Assembly: GCA_019358935.1 (NCBI GenBank)
Contig: JAHHIK010000024.1
Location: 15,955 to 79,954 of the forward strand
Reading direction: 5' to 3'
Length of the DNA stretch: 64,000 nt
Source of the DNA: Tolypothrix carrinoi HA7290-LM1
GTDB lineage: Bacteria; Cyanobacteriota; Cyanobacteriia; Cyanobacteriales; Nostocaceae
Of this stretch, positions 1-9,921 are shown piece after piece. Position 1 is the first letter of the stretch; each line of letters starts with the position of its first letter. The notes beneath the pieces are model-generated. The model ran no database searches, had not been told where the DNA came from, and saw nothing but the letters and a program-made list of their open reading frames with translations. The position numbers and the translations under genes were made by a program.

Positions 1-870
1 CGATAATTGTTCAGACAATTCGAGTGAGCGTTGTTCAATATAGGTAGTAAAATCCGTCATCACTGCCACAGGTATAGTGTTAGAAGAACGCATTGACTGC
101 CATGAACTATCTGCTAACAAATAATCCTCAAAATCTTGGAACTGCTTCGAGCCTGCTACCCAAATATCCCCAGAACGCAAACCACTACGTAACTCAGCTA
201 AAGCACACATCTCATAGTAGTGACGGTCAATAGTATCGCCCTTAATTACGTGTTTTGACCAACGAGGTTTAACGAAACTAGTGTCCGCAGATTCCGGTAC
301 TTTTCGACCGCCTGATATATTTAATTCTTTAATGACCTCCAAAGCTTTTATCACTGGTAAACTGGCTCCGGTAGCTTTAAACTCAAAGGTCTCCAACAAT
401 TTAGGCGTATACCGTCGTAATTGTGAATAACGGTTATCAAGCAATTCAAGATAATCAAAATCTGCGGGTCTGGCTAGTTTTTCAGCTTCAGCAACAGTAC
501 TGATAAATTTCTCCCAATCCAATACAGACTCAATCGCTTGATAGGCATCATTGGACTCATCTCTAGCTGCAATTAGCGCCTTACCCACTTGAGCATACAA
601 TCGGACTTTCTCATTAATCGCTTTCCCATCACGTTGAAACTTATCGCCGTGCTGATGCTCACTTTTGTTAAACAATTTACCCATCATTTTATCGTGCATA
701 CCTATGGCATAATCGACCAATGACGCGCTCCATTCAATGAGAAAAGCAACTAAAATAGCATAGCGTCTCAGTTCATCTAACCTAGATAGGTGAGCAGGTG
801 TAGACATAGAATCGGGAATTTCAGTAAATTGTAGTCGCTGTGCTGGAGATAAAAGTTCGCGCGTTGCCAA
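1..870 (-). pseudogene. tnpA: Tn3-family transposase TnpA, 5' part, with in-frame internal deletion; runs off the window start
   Basis: Manual translation from TTG at 870 gives (M)ATRELLSPAQRLQFTEIPDSMS-TPAHLSRLDELRRYAILVAFL...IDRHYYEMCALAELRSGLRSGDIWVAGSKQFQDFEDYL, which are typical Tn3 TnpA motifs. The N-terminus joins directly to a segment that normally lies about 240 aa further on. Confidence 0.88.
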
Positions 871-892
871 TTAAATACCTGTATATTTGATT

Positions 893-1363
893 TCAAGCAG
901 TAGTTTGATTTTGTTTGTAATTCGCGCCGCAGTAAGGGCAAAATTTGAATTTCAGCGACATAATTGGTTCGTTGCAACTAACACAGCGATTCCGTAAGGC
1001 TGTACCACAAGCAAAGCAATACTTTGACCGTAAGTCAGTCCACATTTGGTCAGGGGTAGTTCCTGGAGTCCAACATTTTGGGCAAAATTTTAACGTAGTT
1101 ATTGTTTCTGGGGAGACTTTCTTCGCCGCCGCATCCAAGTATTCCGGTGGTATTCCCAACGCAGAAGCCAGACCACCTTTAGCCTTTTGATTGAGCCTCG
1201 AAGTTTGTCCACCTTCAATTTTGCGGATAGTCTGGATATGTATCCCCGCTTTGAAACTCAACTCTTTTTGGGTTAAAGAAAGATGACCTCGCAATCTCTG
1301 GACGTAATTAGCAAGCCCTTCTTCCCCCGTGGGAAGCGTCGAATGTTCTGTTATCACTATCAA
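893..1363 (-). CDS. XRE-family HTH protein with C-terminal double zinc ribbon
   Basis: HTH (LTQKELSFKAGIHIQTIRKIEGG) plus CxxC pairs CPKC, CFAC, CVSC, CPYC; lies between tnpA and the recombinase. Confidence 0.85.
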   Translation of the reverse strand: MIVITEHSTLPTGEEGLANYVQRLRGHLSLTQKELSFKAGIHIQTIRKIEGGQTSRLNQKAKGGLASALGIPPEYLDAAAKKVSPETITTLKFCPKCWTPGTTPDQMWTDLRSKYCFACGTALRNRCVSCNEPIMSLKFKFCPYCGANYKQNQTTA

Positions 1364-1446
1364 AATATATCTAAAAGTATATTTATTAATAATAATTATA
1401 TATCTACACTTTTATTCAAATAAATTGCCAAAAACCTCTCTTCGTA

Positions 1447-2340
1447 ATGATGACTTTAGCTGCTTTAGCCACCGCGTTTTTAGAACGTCCGGGGCTAGCC
1501 AAAAGTACTCTACGTTCTTATGAGTCTACGATTATCCCCTTACTCAAGGAGTATGGTCGATGGTCAATATAAATCATTGACCGACAAATCTTGGTAGAAT
1601 ACCTCAATGATCTAACTGATGTTTCCTATACTACCCACCACCGTCATCAAGCTGTAATCACGGCTTTGTTCAACTTTGCTGTTGATATGGGATATGTCAA
1701 ATCCAATCCAGTTGCGGGACTCGCAAGACGCAAACCCATTCGAGAGCAAGGAGAACACGCTACGGATGAATTGGTTCGTTATCTTACTCCTACTCAGTTA
1801 AGTGTCCTGTATCAAATGATCAAGCCAGATGTGCGAATGTCTGCGTTGGTGCGTTTGTTGCATACCAGTGGCGCTAGAATTGCTGAGATACTGGCTCTAA
1901 ATTTAGATGACATAGACCTCAAAACCCGGAAATTTCAGGTGATTGGGAAAGGTAACAAGCAACGGTGGTGTTTTTACAGTGAAGTGACTTCTTTTAGTCT
2001 AAATTACTACATTAAATATTATAGACACCCCAACCATTCAGCACTATTTACTGCTCAACAGCCAAAAACTTTGGTTGTCTCCCGTCTGTCATACCGGATG
2101 GTGCATAAATCTTGGACTAACCTTATTGGGGAAACTCCGGAACTCCAAGAAATTCGTATTCACGACCTACGGCATACTTTTGCTACAGAGCGAGTGGGGC
2201 TAATGGGGATTGAAGAACTCAGGGCGCTCATGGGACATGAAAGCATTCAGACAACATTACGGTATCAGAAAGTCACATCCCTTCGTGCTGAAGAAGTAGC
2301 ACAATTGGCGTTTAAAAACTTACAAAATTTTTCGGAATAA
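1447..2340 (+). pseudogene. Tyrosine recombinase (probable transposon resolvase) with premature stop
   Basis: ATG 1447 is in frame with the 1591-2340 ORF, but there is a TAA at 1570-1572. Catalytic motifs SGAR, GKG, HDLRH, MGH and Y are present. Confidence 0.85.
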
Positions 2341-2513
2341 TTTCAGTATATAGCTTAATTATGTGGATATAAAAAATACTTTTTTTACCAAAAACTATCA
2401 AGGTGCAGGGAATATATACTACTCTGCACCAATAAAATGAGGGTAATCAGCCGATCTTCGGGTGAAGGGTGAAAAGTCAGTGGCTAAGATGCTTCCTGGG
2501 CAACGCTTTCAGC

Positions 2514-2552
2514 CTTAGCGTACAATTTTCCCGTTTTGGCACGGTGATGCCC
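2514..2552 (-). repeat. Tn3-family terminal inverted repeat (39 bp)
   Basis: The minus strand reads GGGCATCACCGTGCCAAAACGGGAAAATTGTACGCTAAG, with the GGG start and ACGCTAAG end typical of Tn3 IRs. Confidence 0.85.
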
Positions 2553-2924
2553 ACTTGCCTTTCATTTATTTCTGTTGATTGAGTGAGTGTATTGCTCGTT
2601 TGAACCGATACTTGAAAACAGCTAAAAAATACTCCTAAAGTCAACAAGGCTGTTGATTAATAACTCTTCAGCCAAATGAATGCAATACCATCATGTTGGA
2701 TAGAATCGTAAGAGTTAATTTTTAGCTCGAAAGCTCAAAACCCTCTCTCTATTTTATTTATGGGCAAGCGCGTGCATTTTTTTCAATTACGATTCACGCT
2801 TTCAAAGTCAAAAGTAAATTCAGTGGGATTTGAGTTAACTGGATTTGGGTTAAGTGGAGTGTAAACTACCCACCACCATAGCTGTACTCAGCTATGGTGG
2901 GGGCTTTCAGAAGCCCTAGAAATA

Positions 2925-4329
2925 TCAAATAAGCGATCGTTGCACGTACTCAGATTTTCTCCCAATACGCACATCTAGCTTACAAGACAATCCCGAACCA
3001 CGAGGCTGGTTTACAATCACAGCCCCAATTGCAGAAATATTTTTTGCACCATTCAAATCAGCGTCACCAATCCATCCACAATGGCCACAAGCAAACTTCT
3101 TAGCACTGCGATACGATTCACCCTTTACTGGATGAACGTGCAAGCAGTTGTGGCAAGTTTGACTTGTATAGCGCGGGTCAACAAAAACCAGCTTCACCCC
3201 AAACTTGATCGCTTTGTAGGTTATGAATTGCCGCAACTGATAAAAACTCCAACTGTTAGACAATCGGCGTTCTCGTTTACTACGCGGCAAACTGTTTGTG
3301 CGTTCCCTAATTCCTGTCAATTCTTCCAAGGCAATCGTCGCTTTTGTTGTCTTGGCAGACTTTACAAGTTGATAGCTGGTAACGTGATTAATGTGAGCCT
3401 GAAAGCGCCGTTCTTTGCCCGACAACCGTTGCTGAAGTTTTCGGCATCTACGCCGACCACTTCTTGTGCCTTTCGCAGCTTTGTGCTGGAGTTGCGCCCT
3501 AACTTTGGCGTACTTGTCTCGAATCTTGGTTATACTTTGTCCACTGAATTTATCTCCATCAGAAGTAACCGCAATGTCTGTTCTCCCTAGATCAACGCCC
3601 AAAACTTTATCGGTCTGTTCAGGTGTTGGTGGTTCAGACTCAAGCTGAATATTCAGGTAGTATGTGCCATTATTGCGCAGGGCAAACGCATCTTGTCAAC
3701 AAGAGCCTCTAAATGTCAATAAAGTCCAAAAGAATCGCATTAATGCCCGCTTATTGACAAGTCTGTTAGCGATCGCTTAACCCCTGAAAAACCAATTCCC
3801 CCAATAAATTCTTGTTCTCCCGTTGATACACTAATTAACTTTTTTGTCAAGACTAATTAAGATGCGTTTGCCCTGCATTATTGCGTTTTACTAAAGTCGC
3901 TGTTTTAGGGTTTTGTGCCTTCAACAATCCCCTTTGGTAATTACCAATGGCAAGTTTAAACCTTTCCCTGCCACCAATCAATGTTAAGCTAGCCGTCCAG
4001 TCTTTCTCTCGAAAGCTGAACGTTCTTACATCGTAAGTAGCCGAGGTTGGAGCAAACTTTGTGACAGCAAACCCTTTTTGCTTGGCGGTTTTGCGATTTC
4101 CAGACACTCTCCTTACCGCATGAATAGCCAACTGAGAAGACAATCCAAACAATGCCCTGACATCGTGATAAACCAAAGACTGCATCGCCAGTTCGTTTAC
4201 TAAAGTTAGTGGTGCAGTCTTGTTCACGTATTCGCAAGCATCCGCGAAAGCCTGCAACGTTGCATCAATTTTGGCAATTTGCTCAGATGTGACTTGGATT
4301 TTGCAGGATACTGTCAGGACTTGCTTCAT
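2925..4329 (-). pseudogene. tnpB: RNA-guided endonuclease TnpB, interrupted by a MITE
   Basis: N-half MKQVLTVSCK... and C-half GVDLG / IALEEL / CHNC-CGHC / DADLNG. Removing 208 bp (MITE plus one TSD) restores a 399-codon frame reading ...LVKRNNGTYYLNIQLE... Confidence 0.92.
3678..3875. mobile_element. 198-bp MITE with 17-bp TIRs and 10-bp TSD (ISAs1-like ends)
   Basis: CAGGGCAAACGCATCTT ... AAGATGCGTTTGCCCTG, flanked by CATTATTGCG at 3668-3677 and 3876-3885; no ORF. Confidence 0.92.
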
Positions 4330-4429
4330 CCCATCATGATATCTCAATACATGAATATTGTAAATTGCTCAACTGCCCTCCTTTCCTCATCTGTCTATGG
4401 CAAATATTTGTTGGAGGACGTTTCACAAT

Positions 4430-5215
4430 TTATGCGCAATTCCTCTTGCCACCAATCCGAGTAGAGATATGGTTGGGGACTTCTTGCTGTTTGAGCTGAG
4501 GAACTTTAAATTTGAATTTTTCAAGTCCCAATTGTCTTAAAGAAGAAACCACAGATAAGGGCAACTTGACACTTGCGGCTGCTTTAGAAATTGGTGTTCT
4601 ATTCCGTACCAATGCCAAAAATTCACGCACTTTAAAGACAACCGGGTCATCGGTTGCTGTATAACCCAAGGCGATCGCAACTTGTAAACCTCTTTCAATG
4701 TCGTTGAGTGTGGCAATTTGGTTACTTCCTACCAACCCAGTTTGTTCGACTTCGGGAGTTATCGCAGATATAGAAATGCCACTGTAGCTCGGTGTACCAG
4801 AACCAGGAACGATATTGAAAGTGTAGAGGTGTTGTTGTCCATTTGGAGTGCGGGTCTTGATAGACAAATTAGTGATGACTGCTGAAGTTGCACCTGGAAA
4901 GCGCAACGGCTTAATCACCTTTACAAACACAGTTTTTGCCTGATTACTGCTGAGTTCAGCATCAGTGTTGTAAACAGTGCGTGAAGGATCGGCTATCAGA
5001 ATGTAAGTGATGACTTCGTTGGTCTGGGAAAAATCAATAGCTGTAGAACGACCAGCCCAAACTTGTAAGTTTGTAGTACTTGCCGCTGCTGCTTCTTGCC
5101 CGATGACGTGCAAAGCTGGTGTTTGTGCCAGTGTCCGTAACGGGGAAAGTACGGTAGCAGTTGTTGTTAACGAAGAAAAAGCGCACGCAAGTAAGATAGC
5201 TTTTAATTTTTTCAT
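4430..5215 (-). CDS. Exported conjugation-cluster protein (VirB9-like position)
   Basis: Signal-peptide-like N-terminus and beta-rich body; last gene of the T4SS-like operon. Confidence 0.6.
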   Translation of the reverse strand: MKKLKAILLACAFSSLTTTATVLSPLRTLAQTPALHVIGQEAAAASTTNLQVWAGRSTAIDFSQTNEVITYILIADPSRTVYNTDAELSSNQAKTVFVKVIKPLRFPGATSAVITNLSIKTRTPNGQQHLYTFNIVPGSGTPSYSGISISAITPEVEQTGLVGSNQIATLNDIERGLQVAIALGYTATDDPVVFKVREFLALVRNRTPISKAAASVKLPLSVVSSLRQLGLEKFKFKVPQLKQQEVPNHISTRIGGKRNCA

Positions 5216-5246
5216 CTATTTTTCCTCCAGGTGACTTTTGTTATAA

Positions 5247-7058
5247 CTATCGACGCACACGTACAAAGCTGTTGACAAAAATAGAAACCTTAGTTCCTTC
5301 TGGCACAACTGTTACATTCGGTTTTTTAAGCATTTCCTGTACTGCTTGATCTGAGCGTTTTGCTAGGCGATCGCCTGTCACTTTAAAGAACCCTTCCAAA
5401 GCTGCTGCTAGGACGTTTGGATTACTTGTACTAGTGACTGTGGATTGGCTAAAGCCAAAAGAGGATGACGAACTCGATGATTGAGTACGAGGTTGATTGA
5501 TGATTTCTCCAACTCTTCCCAAACTACTGATAACTCCGATTAACAAATCTTGTTTGGCGATTTCAGAACCTTTATCAAAGAGTCCCTGAGCAATTAACGG
5601 CTGATTATTTTTGCCGCGAATTAGCAATTTGCCGGCTGGTATTTCTTCTTGCCGCATATGCCCTTGTAAATCGGGGTAAACCAGTGCCACAACACTCATA
5701 TTCACCAATCTATTACTTCGGTTTACAGACTCTACCTGAGTAACTAAAATAGTGCCAGTTGGTAAAGCTACACTGCCATCAGTTGCCTGCATATCTTCTG
5801 TTAACTGAATAGCAAACCTACCATTTGTAGGGCTTTCACCGCTTTCATCCCAGAGCATCGGTACAACGACTTGTGCGTTAACAGAAGTTCCAATTGCCAC
5901 TTCTAAGGCAGAGTCAGATGTTTCAGCACTATTACTGTCTTGATTAACCGGGGAGCGGTTGAGAATTCCCATTTCTCCATCAGTCATTCCAGTAGCATTA
6001 GTTACTACTGAATTATTATTAGCTCCGGTGTAACCAATGGAAACAGTTGAAATGCCTTGCTGTATACTTTGTTGTTGTTTTATTGTAGGGACAGGGCTTG
6101 CATTGTTTTGAGTAGAAAGTGCTGTTGGCGAAGCCCGAAAAGCTGCTATGGTTGGCGCAGGGGTCGAAGATGTAGCAAAAGAATCAGATCCAGACTGTGT
6201 AGTTGGTTGTCCTTCGCTATTCGATGCCATTTCTGGCGTGGTTAACTCGCGAGTTTGCCCCAAGGAAGCCAATTGGCTCCACCGTTCAAAGGGGTCTACA
6301 GCCTTTACTGGCTCTGCGGGTGGTACAGCCTGTATAGCGCGTATAGGCTGCTGTATGGGTTGTGTACGCTGTATAGGCTGTGTAGGTCGTGCAGTGAAGA
6401 GTGCTGATTGCGGTGGTGGAGGGGATGGTTGACGAACAAAAACTGTTCTAGGTGGAGGTGGAACAGTAGGAGTTTGACGGACTGGGGGTGGAGAGGGAGG
6501 AGTTTTAGCGACCACTGGTGATGGGGAGGTTTGGGGCTTGGTAGAGGTAGAACGTTGTTTCTGTATGTCTGGTTTAGTTTCCAATTGTCGTCGTTGGTCT
6601 TGAAAAGCTAATTTGCCTTTGAGTTCGGCAGATTCGTCTTCTAATTGTTTGGGGGTCGTTGAAGGAGAAGGGTTAGATGCTTTTTGACGCGCAGGCTTAG
6701 GAGCAAGAAATCCAAACCAAACGAATCCTACTGCTCCTATGATGGCTGCTGTTGCAGTTAGAACTAATCCCATACGAATACTTGGTTTTTCTGAAGTTGA
6801 ACGCCCTTCTGGTTCTTCTTCGTCTTGTTTAATGCGATATTCCTTTGTGAGTAATTCAGGAAGATCATCATTATATCCAGCCAGTTCTTTCTCGTCTTCC
6901 AAGGTGATTTCGTCTTTATTAATACCCAAACTGCCTGTTTCTTCCAACATTTTTCCAGAGTTATTAGCGGAGCCATTAAGACCGTTGGACAAACTTAGTG
7001 GACTGCTAATTTCATCGGATTCGTTGTCTAATTCTTCTAGTGATGCTTTATTGTTCAT
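5247..7058 (-). CDS. virB10: TrbI/VirB10-family protein
   Basis: Single TM, Pro-rich linker and a C-terminal VirB10-like domain (ALPTGTILV...VVPEGTKVSIFVN). Confidence 0.8.
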   Translation of the reverse strand: MNNKASLEELDNESDEISSPLSLSNGLNGSANNSGKMLEETGSLGINKDEITLEDEKELAGYNDDLPELLTKEYRIKQDEEEPEGRSTSEKPSIRMGLVLTATAAIIGAVGFVWFGFLAPKPARQKASNPSPSTTPKQLEDESAELKGKLAFQDQRRQLETKPDIQKQRSTSTKPQTSPSPVVAKTPPSPPPVRQTPTVPPPPRTVFVRQPSPPPPQSALFTARPTQPIQRTQPIQQPIRAIQAVPPAEPVKAVDPFERWSQLASLGQTRELTTPEMASNSEGQPTTQSGSDSFATSSTPAPTIAAFRASPTALSTQNNASPVPTIKQQQSIQQGISTVSIGYTGANNNSVVTNATGMTDGEMGILNRSPVNQDSNSAETSDSALEVAIGTSVNAQVVVPMLWDESGESPTNGRFAIQLTEDMQATDGSVALPTGTILVTQVESVNRSNRLVNMSVVALVYPDLQGHMRQEEIPAGKLLIRGKNNQPLIAQGLFDKGSEIAKQDLLIGVISSLGRVGEIINQPRTQSSSSSSSFGFSQSTVTSTSNPNVLAAALEGFFKVTGDRLAKRSDQAVQEMLKKPNVTVVPEGTKVSIFVNSFVRVRR

Positions 7059-7072
7059 ATTATTGAAAGTAT

Positions 7073-7792
7073 TTATTTGGGAATGAACTCAGTTATTCTG
7101 GTGATTTCTAGCCCTGCGGAGCGAATTTCATAAACTTTTTGCTCAAAAGCTGAAGCATTCTGTCCTAAAGGAGGTTTTTGAATTTCAACAGCTTTTAGTC
7201 GTAGCGTTCGGTTAAAGGGAATTCTTTCGTCAGTTCCTGAAGTGCGGTCAACCAGAAGTCGTGTTGCTATCATGTCAACTTCCCATTCTCCTTGCCGAAT
7301 TTCTCGCGGTTCTGAGAGGTAAGAAATGATTACTGTGGAGCGCAGTTTACCGGAGAAAACACTAGAAGGGACTAATTCAGCAATTTCTGAAAGTGCTGCT
7401 TTGGCAAACTCTGGTTCAAGTAGTAAGGAGGCAAAATAAGTACTGGTAGGTATTCTTTTTCCACCTTTTCCTACACGCACACCAGTATCAGTCTCGTTAG
7501 TACCAGGAATTTTGTTATCCCAGTTAAATGTTAGTTCAGTCCAGGTTCTAACTGTATTTTGGATAACAGATGGATAACGCCAGTAGCGGTCTCTCTCAGA
7601 AACGACTAAGGTTTCACCATTTACTAGCTGCACGAAGGTTGTTTTCCTCGCAGCGAGAATGTTAATTCGGAAATAAACAAACAAAATAAAGATGAAAATT
7701 AGGGCATTAAATCCTGTCAATGCTACAAAACATAATGCCAGCAAATTTTTTGAAGCAGGTAGAAGTGGAGTCTGAAATCGTTTAATTTTCAT
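7073..7792 (-). CDS. Bitopic conjugation protein (VirB8-like)
   Basis: N-terminal TM followed by a compact alpha/beta domain; sits in the T4SS cluster. Confidence 0.55.
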   Translation of the reverse strand: MKIKRFQTPLLPASKNLLALCFVALTGFNALIFIFILFVYFRINILAARKTTFVQLVNGETLVVSERDRYWRYPSVIQNTVRTWTELTFNWDNKIPGTNETDTGVRVGKGGKRIPTSTYFASLLLEPEFAKAALSEIAELVPSSVFSGKLRSTVIISYLSEPREIRQGEWEVDMIATRLLVDRTSGTDERIPFNRTLRLKAVEIQKPPLGQNASAFEQKVYEIRSAGLEITRITEFIPK

Positions 7793-7800
7793 GGCATTAA

Positions 7801-8925
7801 CTATTGTCCACTCTTAACAACTAGAGTTGTAAATGAGCCGATGGCGTTGCTAAAAACATCAATTACTTGCTTAACATTTGACGAGATTCCGTTGTAGAGA
7901 GCAATCCCACCACCACCAGCAATTAAAACAGCCAGAATGGGTGCGAAAATGCTGAGGAAGAATAAAAAGGCTACATCAGAAGCAAGTTCTGCACCAGAAT
8001 TAACAAGGACAACAGCGGCTAAACCAACGATAATGTTGTAGCCTAACTGAATACCAAATAAGCTTAAAAAGCCAGTTGTCCAAGCCCAGATTGGACGACC
8101 TTGGAGGGGAAGTAGTGACATGCCCATTGCTATCGGGGAAAATAATGCTGTTAGCAGTAATGCCGCTTCGAGAATGTTGACAAAAGCCCACTGCAAACTG
8201 TAAAGAATAAAGCGGATGATTGGTATAGCTGTTTCTCTAAAAACTCCTCCGGGGTCTGTTGTTAGTCTCACTGCATCTCTAGCAGTACCTATTACTGACC
8301 GATCTACTAAAAAATCTGCAAACTGTCGTAGAGGTTCGAGTGGTCTTTTGCTTTGTTCTTCAGCCCGTTTAACAATCTGTTGAACTTGTGCCTGTTTGGA
8401 CTCCCAGCATTCAATTAATTCTTGTCCAACTTTTCCTCTACATTCGCTGTAAACATTTTCTATTTGTTGTTTGGCGATGTTGCTAATTGTGACCTTGGCG
8501 ATCGCGTTTTTAAACGTGAGTTCTCCTAATTGTGCTTGAAGAACTTTCTGTACTTGCTGGTATCCAAAGTTTCTGGCAAAGGTAACAGTTTGTGATAATA
8601 AATTCCCGTTACCACCCAGAAATAAAGTAATCACAATTGGCCAAATAAACATTGCCATTAACTCTGACCATGATTGCTTTTCGACGATTTCCCGACCCGA
8701 AGTTAAAGTCAAGAAGACAATGCTGCCCGCTGCTAAAGTTAGACCAAGCCGGACTAAACCAATCCACAAGCCAGAGTCCAACGGTTGAAGTATATTTATC
8801 CAAAGACCATTCCAGGCTTCGGAAGTACTCCGAGCTAAGTCAATTGAGCTAGAAACTATCTCAAATGCATCCGCTTCTCCACCCGTTTGAGGATAGGTAA
8901 ATGTTTGTGCTAAGAAGTGCAACAT
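7801..8925 (-). CDS. Polytopic membrane conjugation protein (VirB6-like)
   Basis: About 5-6 hydrophobic segments; sits in the T4SS cluster. Confidence 0.6.
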   Translation of the reverse strand: MLHFLAQTFTYPQTGGEADAFEIVSSSIDLARSTSEAWNGLWINILQPLDSGLWIGLVRLGLTLAAGSIVFLTLTSGREIVEKQSWSELMAMFIWPIVITLFLGGNGNLLSQTVTFARNFGYQQVQKVLQAQLGELTFKNAIAKVTISNIAKQQIENVYSECRGKVGQELIECWESKQAQVQQIVKRAEEQSKRPLEPLRQFADFLVDRSVIGTARDAVRLTTDPGGVFRETAIPIIRFILYSLQWAFVNILEAALLLTALFSPIAMGMSLLPLQGRPIWAWTTGFLSLFGIQLGYNIIVGLAAVVLVNSGAELASDVAFLFFLSIFAPILAVLIAGGGGIALYNGISSNVKQVIDVFSNAIGSFTTLVVKSGQ

Positions 8926-8957
8926 TGCTTTAAAACTTGCGTTCGGGATTTCAAGAA

Positions 8958-8982
8958 TAGGGGAAGGAATGGACTTCCCCTA
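8958..8982. terminator. Intergenic hairpin (possible terminator or mRNA-stability element)
   Basis: TAGGGGAAG...CTTCCCCTA inverted repeat between T4SS genes. Confidence 0.4.
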
Positions 8983-9021
8983 GATTTTTTAATAAACAGA
9001 GAAAAACCCAATATTGGATTA

Positions 9022-9909
9022 TTATTGGTCTACATCGTCAGCACCAATCGTGCCACCGCCTGGAAGCATTAACATTCCCGCCTGTTGACTTGCAGCATTA
9101 CCAGAGGCTGCATCGGCTCGTCTAGAGCTAGTATTAATTGCCGCAATTTCCTTAGCAGCTTGTGCAGTTAATACGTTATTGACTGCTCGGTCAGTCCGGG
9201 CTTGTTGAGCTTCCTGGATCAGCATTTCGTTAGTTTGAGTGTTGAGGGCGGTTTGCTGGCTGATATTCTGCATGATCCGTTGAGTAACGTCTTGATTTTT
9301 CGAGTCCTGACTTAGCTGGTTGCTATTATGAGTTGCGGTTTGCGCTGCTAATAGTTGTTCGGCGCTTCGTTGTTGGGCTTGGGTGCTAAGAGTTGCACCA
9401 TTGGCAACACCAATAGCAGCTGCTCGTTCAGCTTGCTTGTTGAAGTCATCCTTAATGGCATATGAACCTTCGCCACCAATTTTGTTTTCTAGTGTTTCTG
9501 AAAGTTTTGTGCCTTCGTTGTTAGCAGTTGAGGATTTCATAATGTTATCGCTCACCTGATTTAAAACTGGCACTTTAACAGCACCCAGAGTTGAAGAAAG
9601 GAGGTTGTTGAGAGAACCAAACACATCATTATGAACAAATCCAGTTACATCGTCAATGAAATTATTGACTGACTGCACAACATTTTCAATCGGGGCAAAG
9701 AAACTACTTCCTGTTGTTTGGTTAGCAGCTTTTGTTCTTATTTGTGTTATTTCTGTACTCGTTGGTGTGTTTGTTGATTGTCCAGCTTGGGTAGTTGCAT
9801 TCGCAGGGTCTTGGGTCAAAGCAGCAGCACGAGTGGTATTTATTATTGCACTGCTCAGTGCAATTACAAGAGCTAACAAAAGCACTTTTGAGGATTTGAT
9901 AAATTTCAT
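9022..9909 (-). CDS. Secreted helical conjugation protein (VirB5/TrbJ-like)
   Basis: Signal peptide and an A/Q/N-rich helical C-terminus (QDVTQRIMQ). Confidence 0.5.
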   Translation of the reverse strand: MKFIKSSKVLLLALVIALSSAIINTTRAAALTQDPANATTQAGQSTNTPTSTEITQIRTKAANQTTGSSFFAPIENVVQSVNNFIDDVTGFVHNDVFGSLNNLLSSTLGAVKVPVLNQVSDNIMKSSTANNEGTKLSETLENKIGGEGSYAIKDDFNKQAERAAAIGVANGATLSTQAQQRSAEQLLAAQTATHNSNQLSQDSKNQDVTQRIMQNISQQTALNTQTNEMLIQEAQQARTDRAVNNVLTAQAAKEIAAINTSSRRADAASGNAASQQAGMLMLPGGGTIGADDVDQ

Positions 9910-9921
9910 GGTTGTAATTTT

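Larger units (their letters stand above)
1..2552. mobile_element. Tn3-family transposon (partial, decayed) with tyrosine-recombinase resolution module
   Basis: tnpA, regulator and recombinase bounded by a Tn3-type IR at 2514-2552; the other end is outside the window. Confidence 0.8.
2861..4425 (-). mobile_element. IS200/IS605-family (tnpB-only, IS1341-like) element; boundaries approximate
   Basis: tnpB with a 3' hairpin region (CCACCATAGCTG...CAGCTATGGTGG; minus strand ends GGTAGTTTAC at 2861) and a putative left-end hairpin around 4372-4420; no tnpA. Confidence 0.75.
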
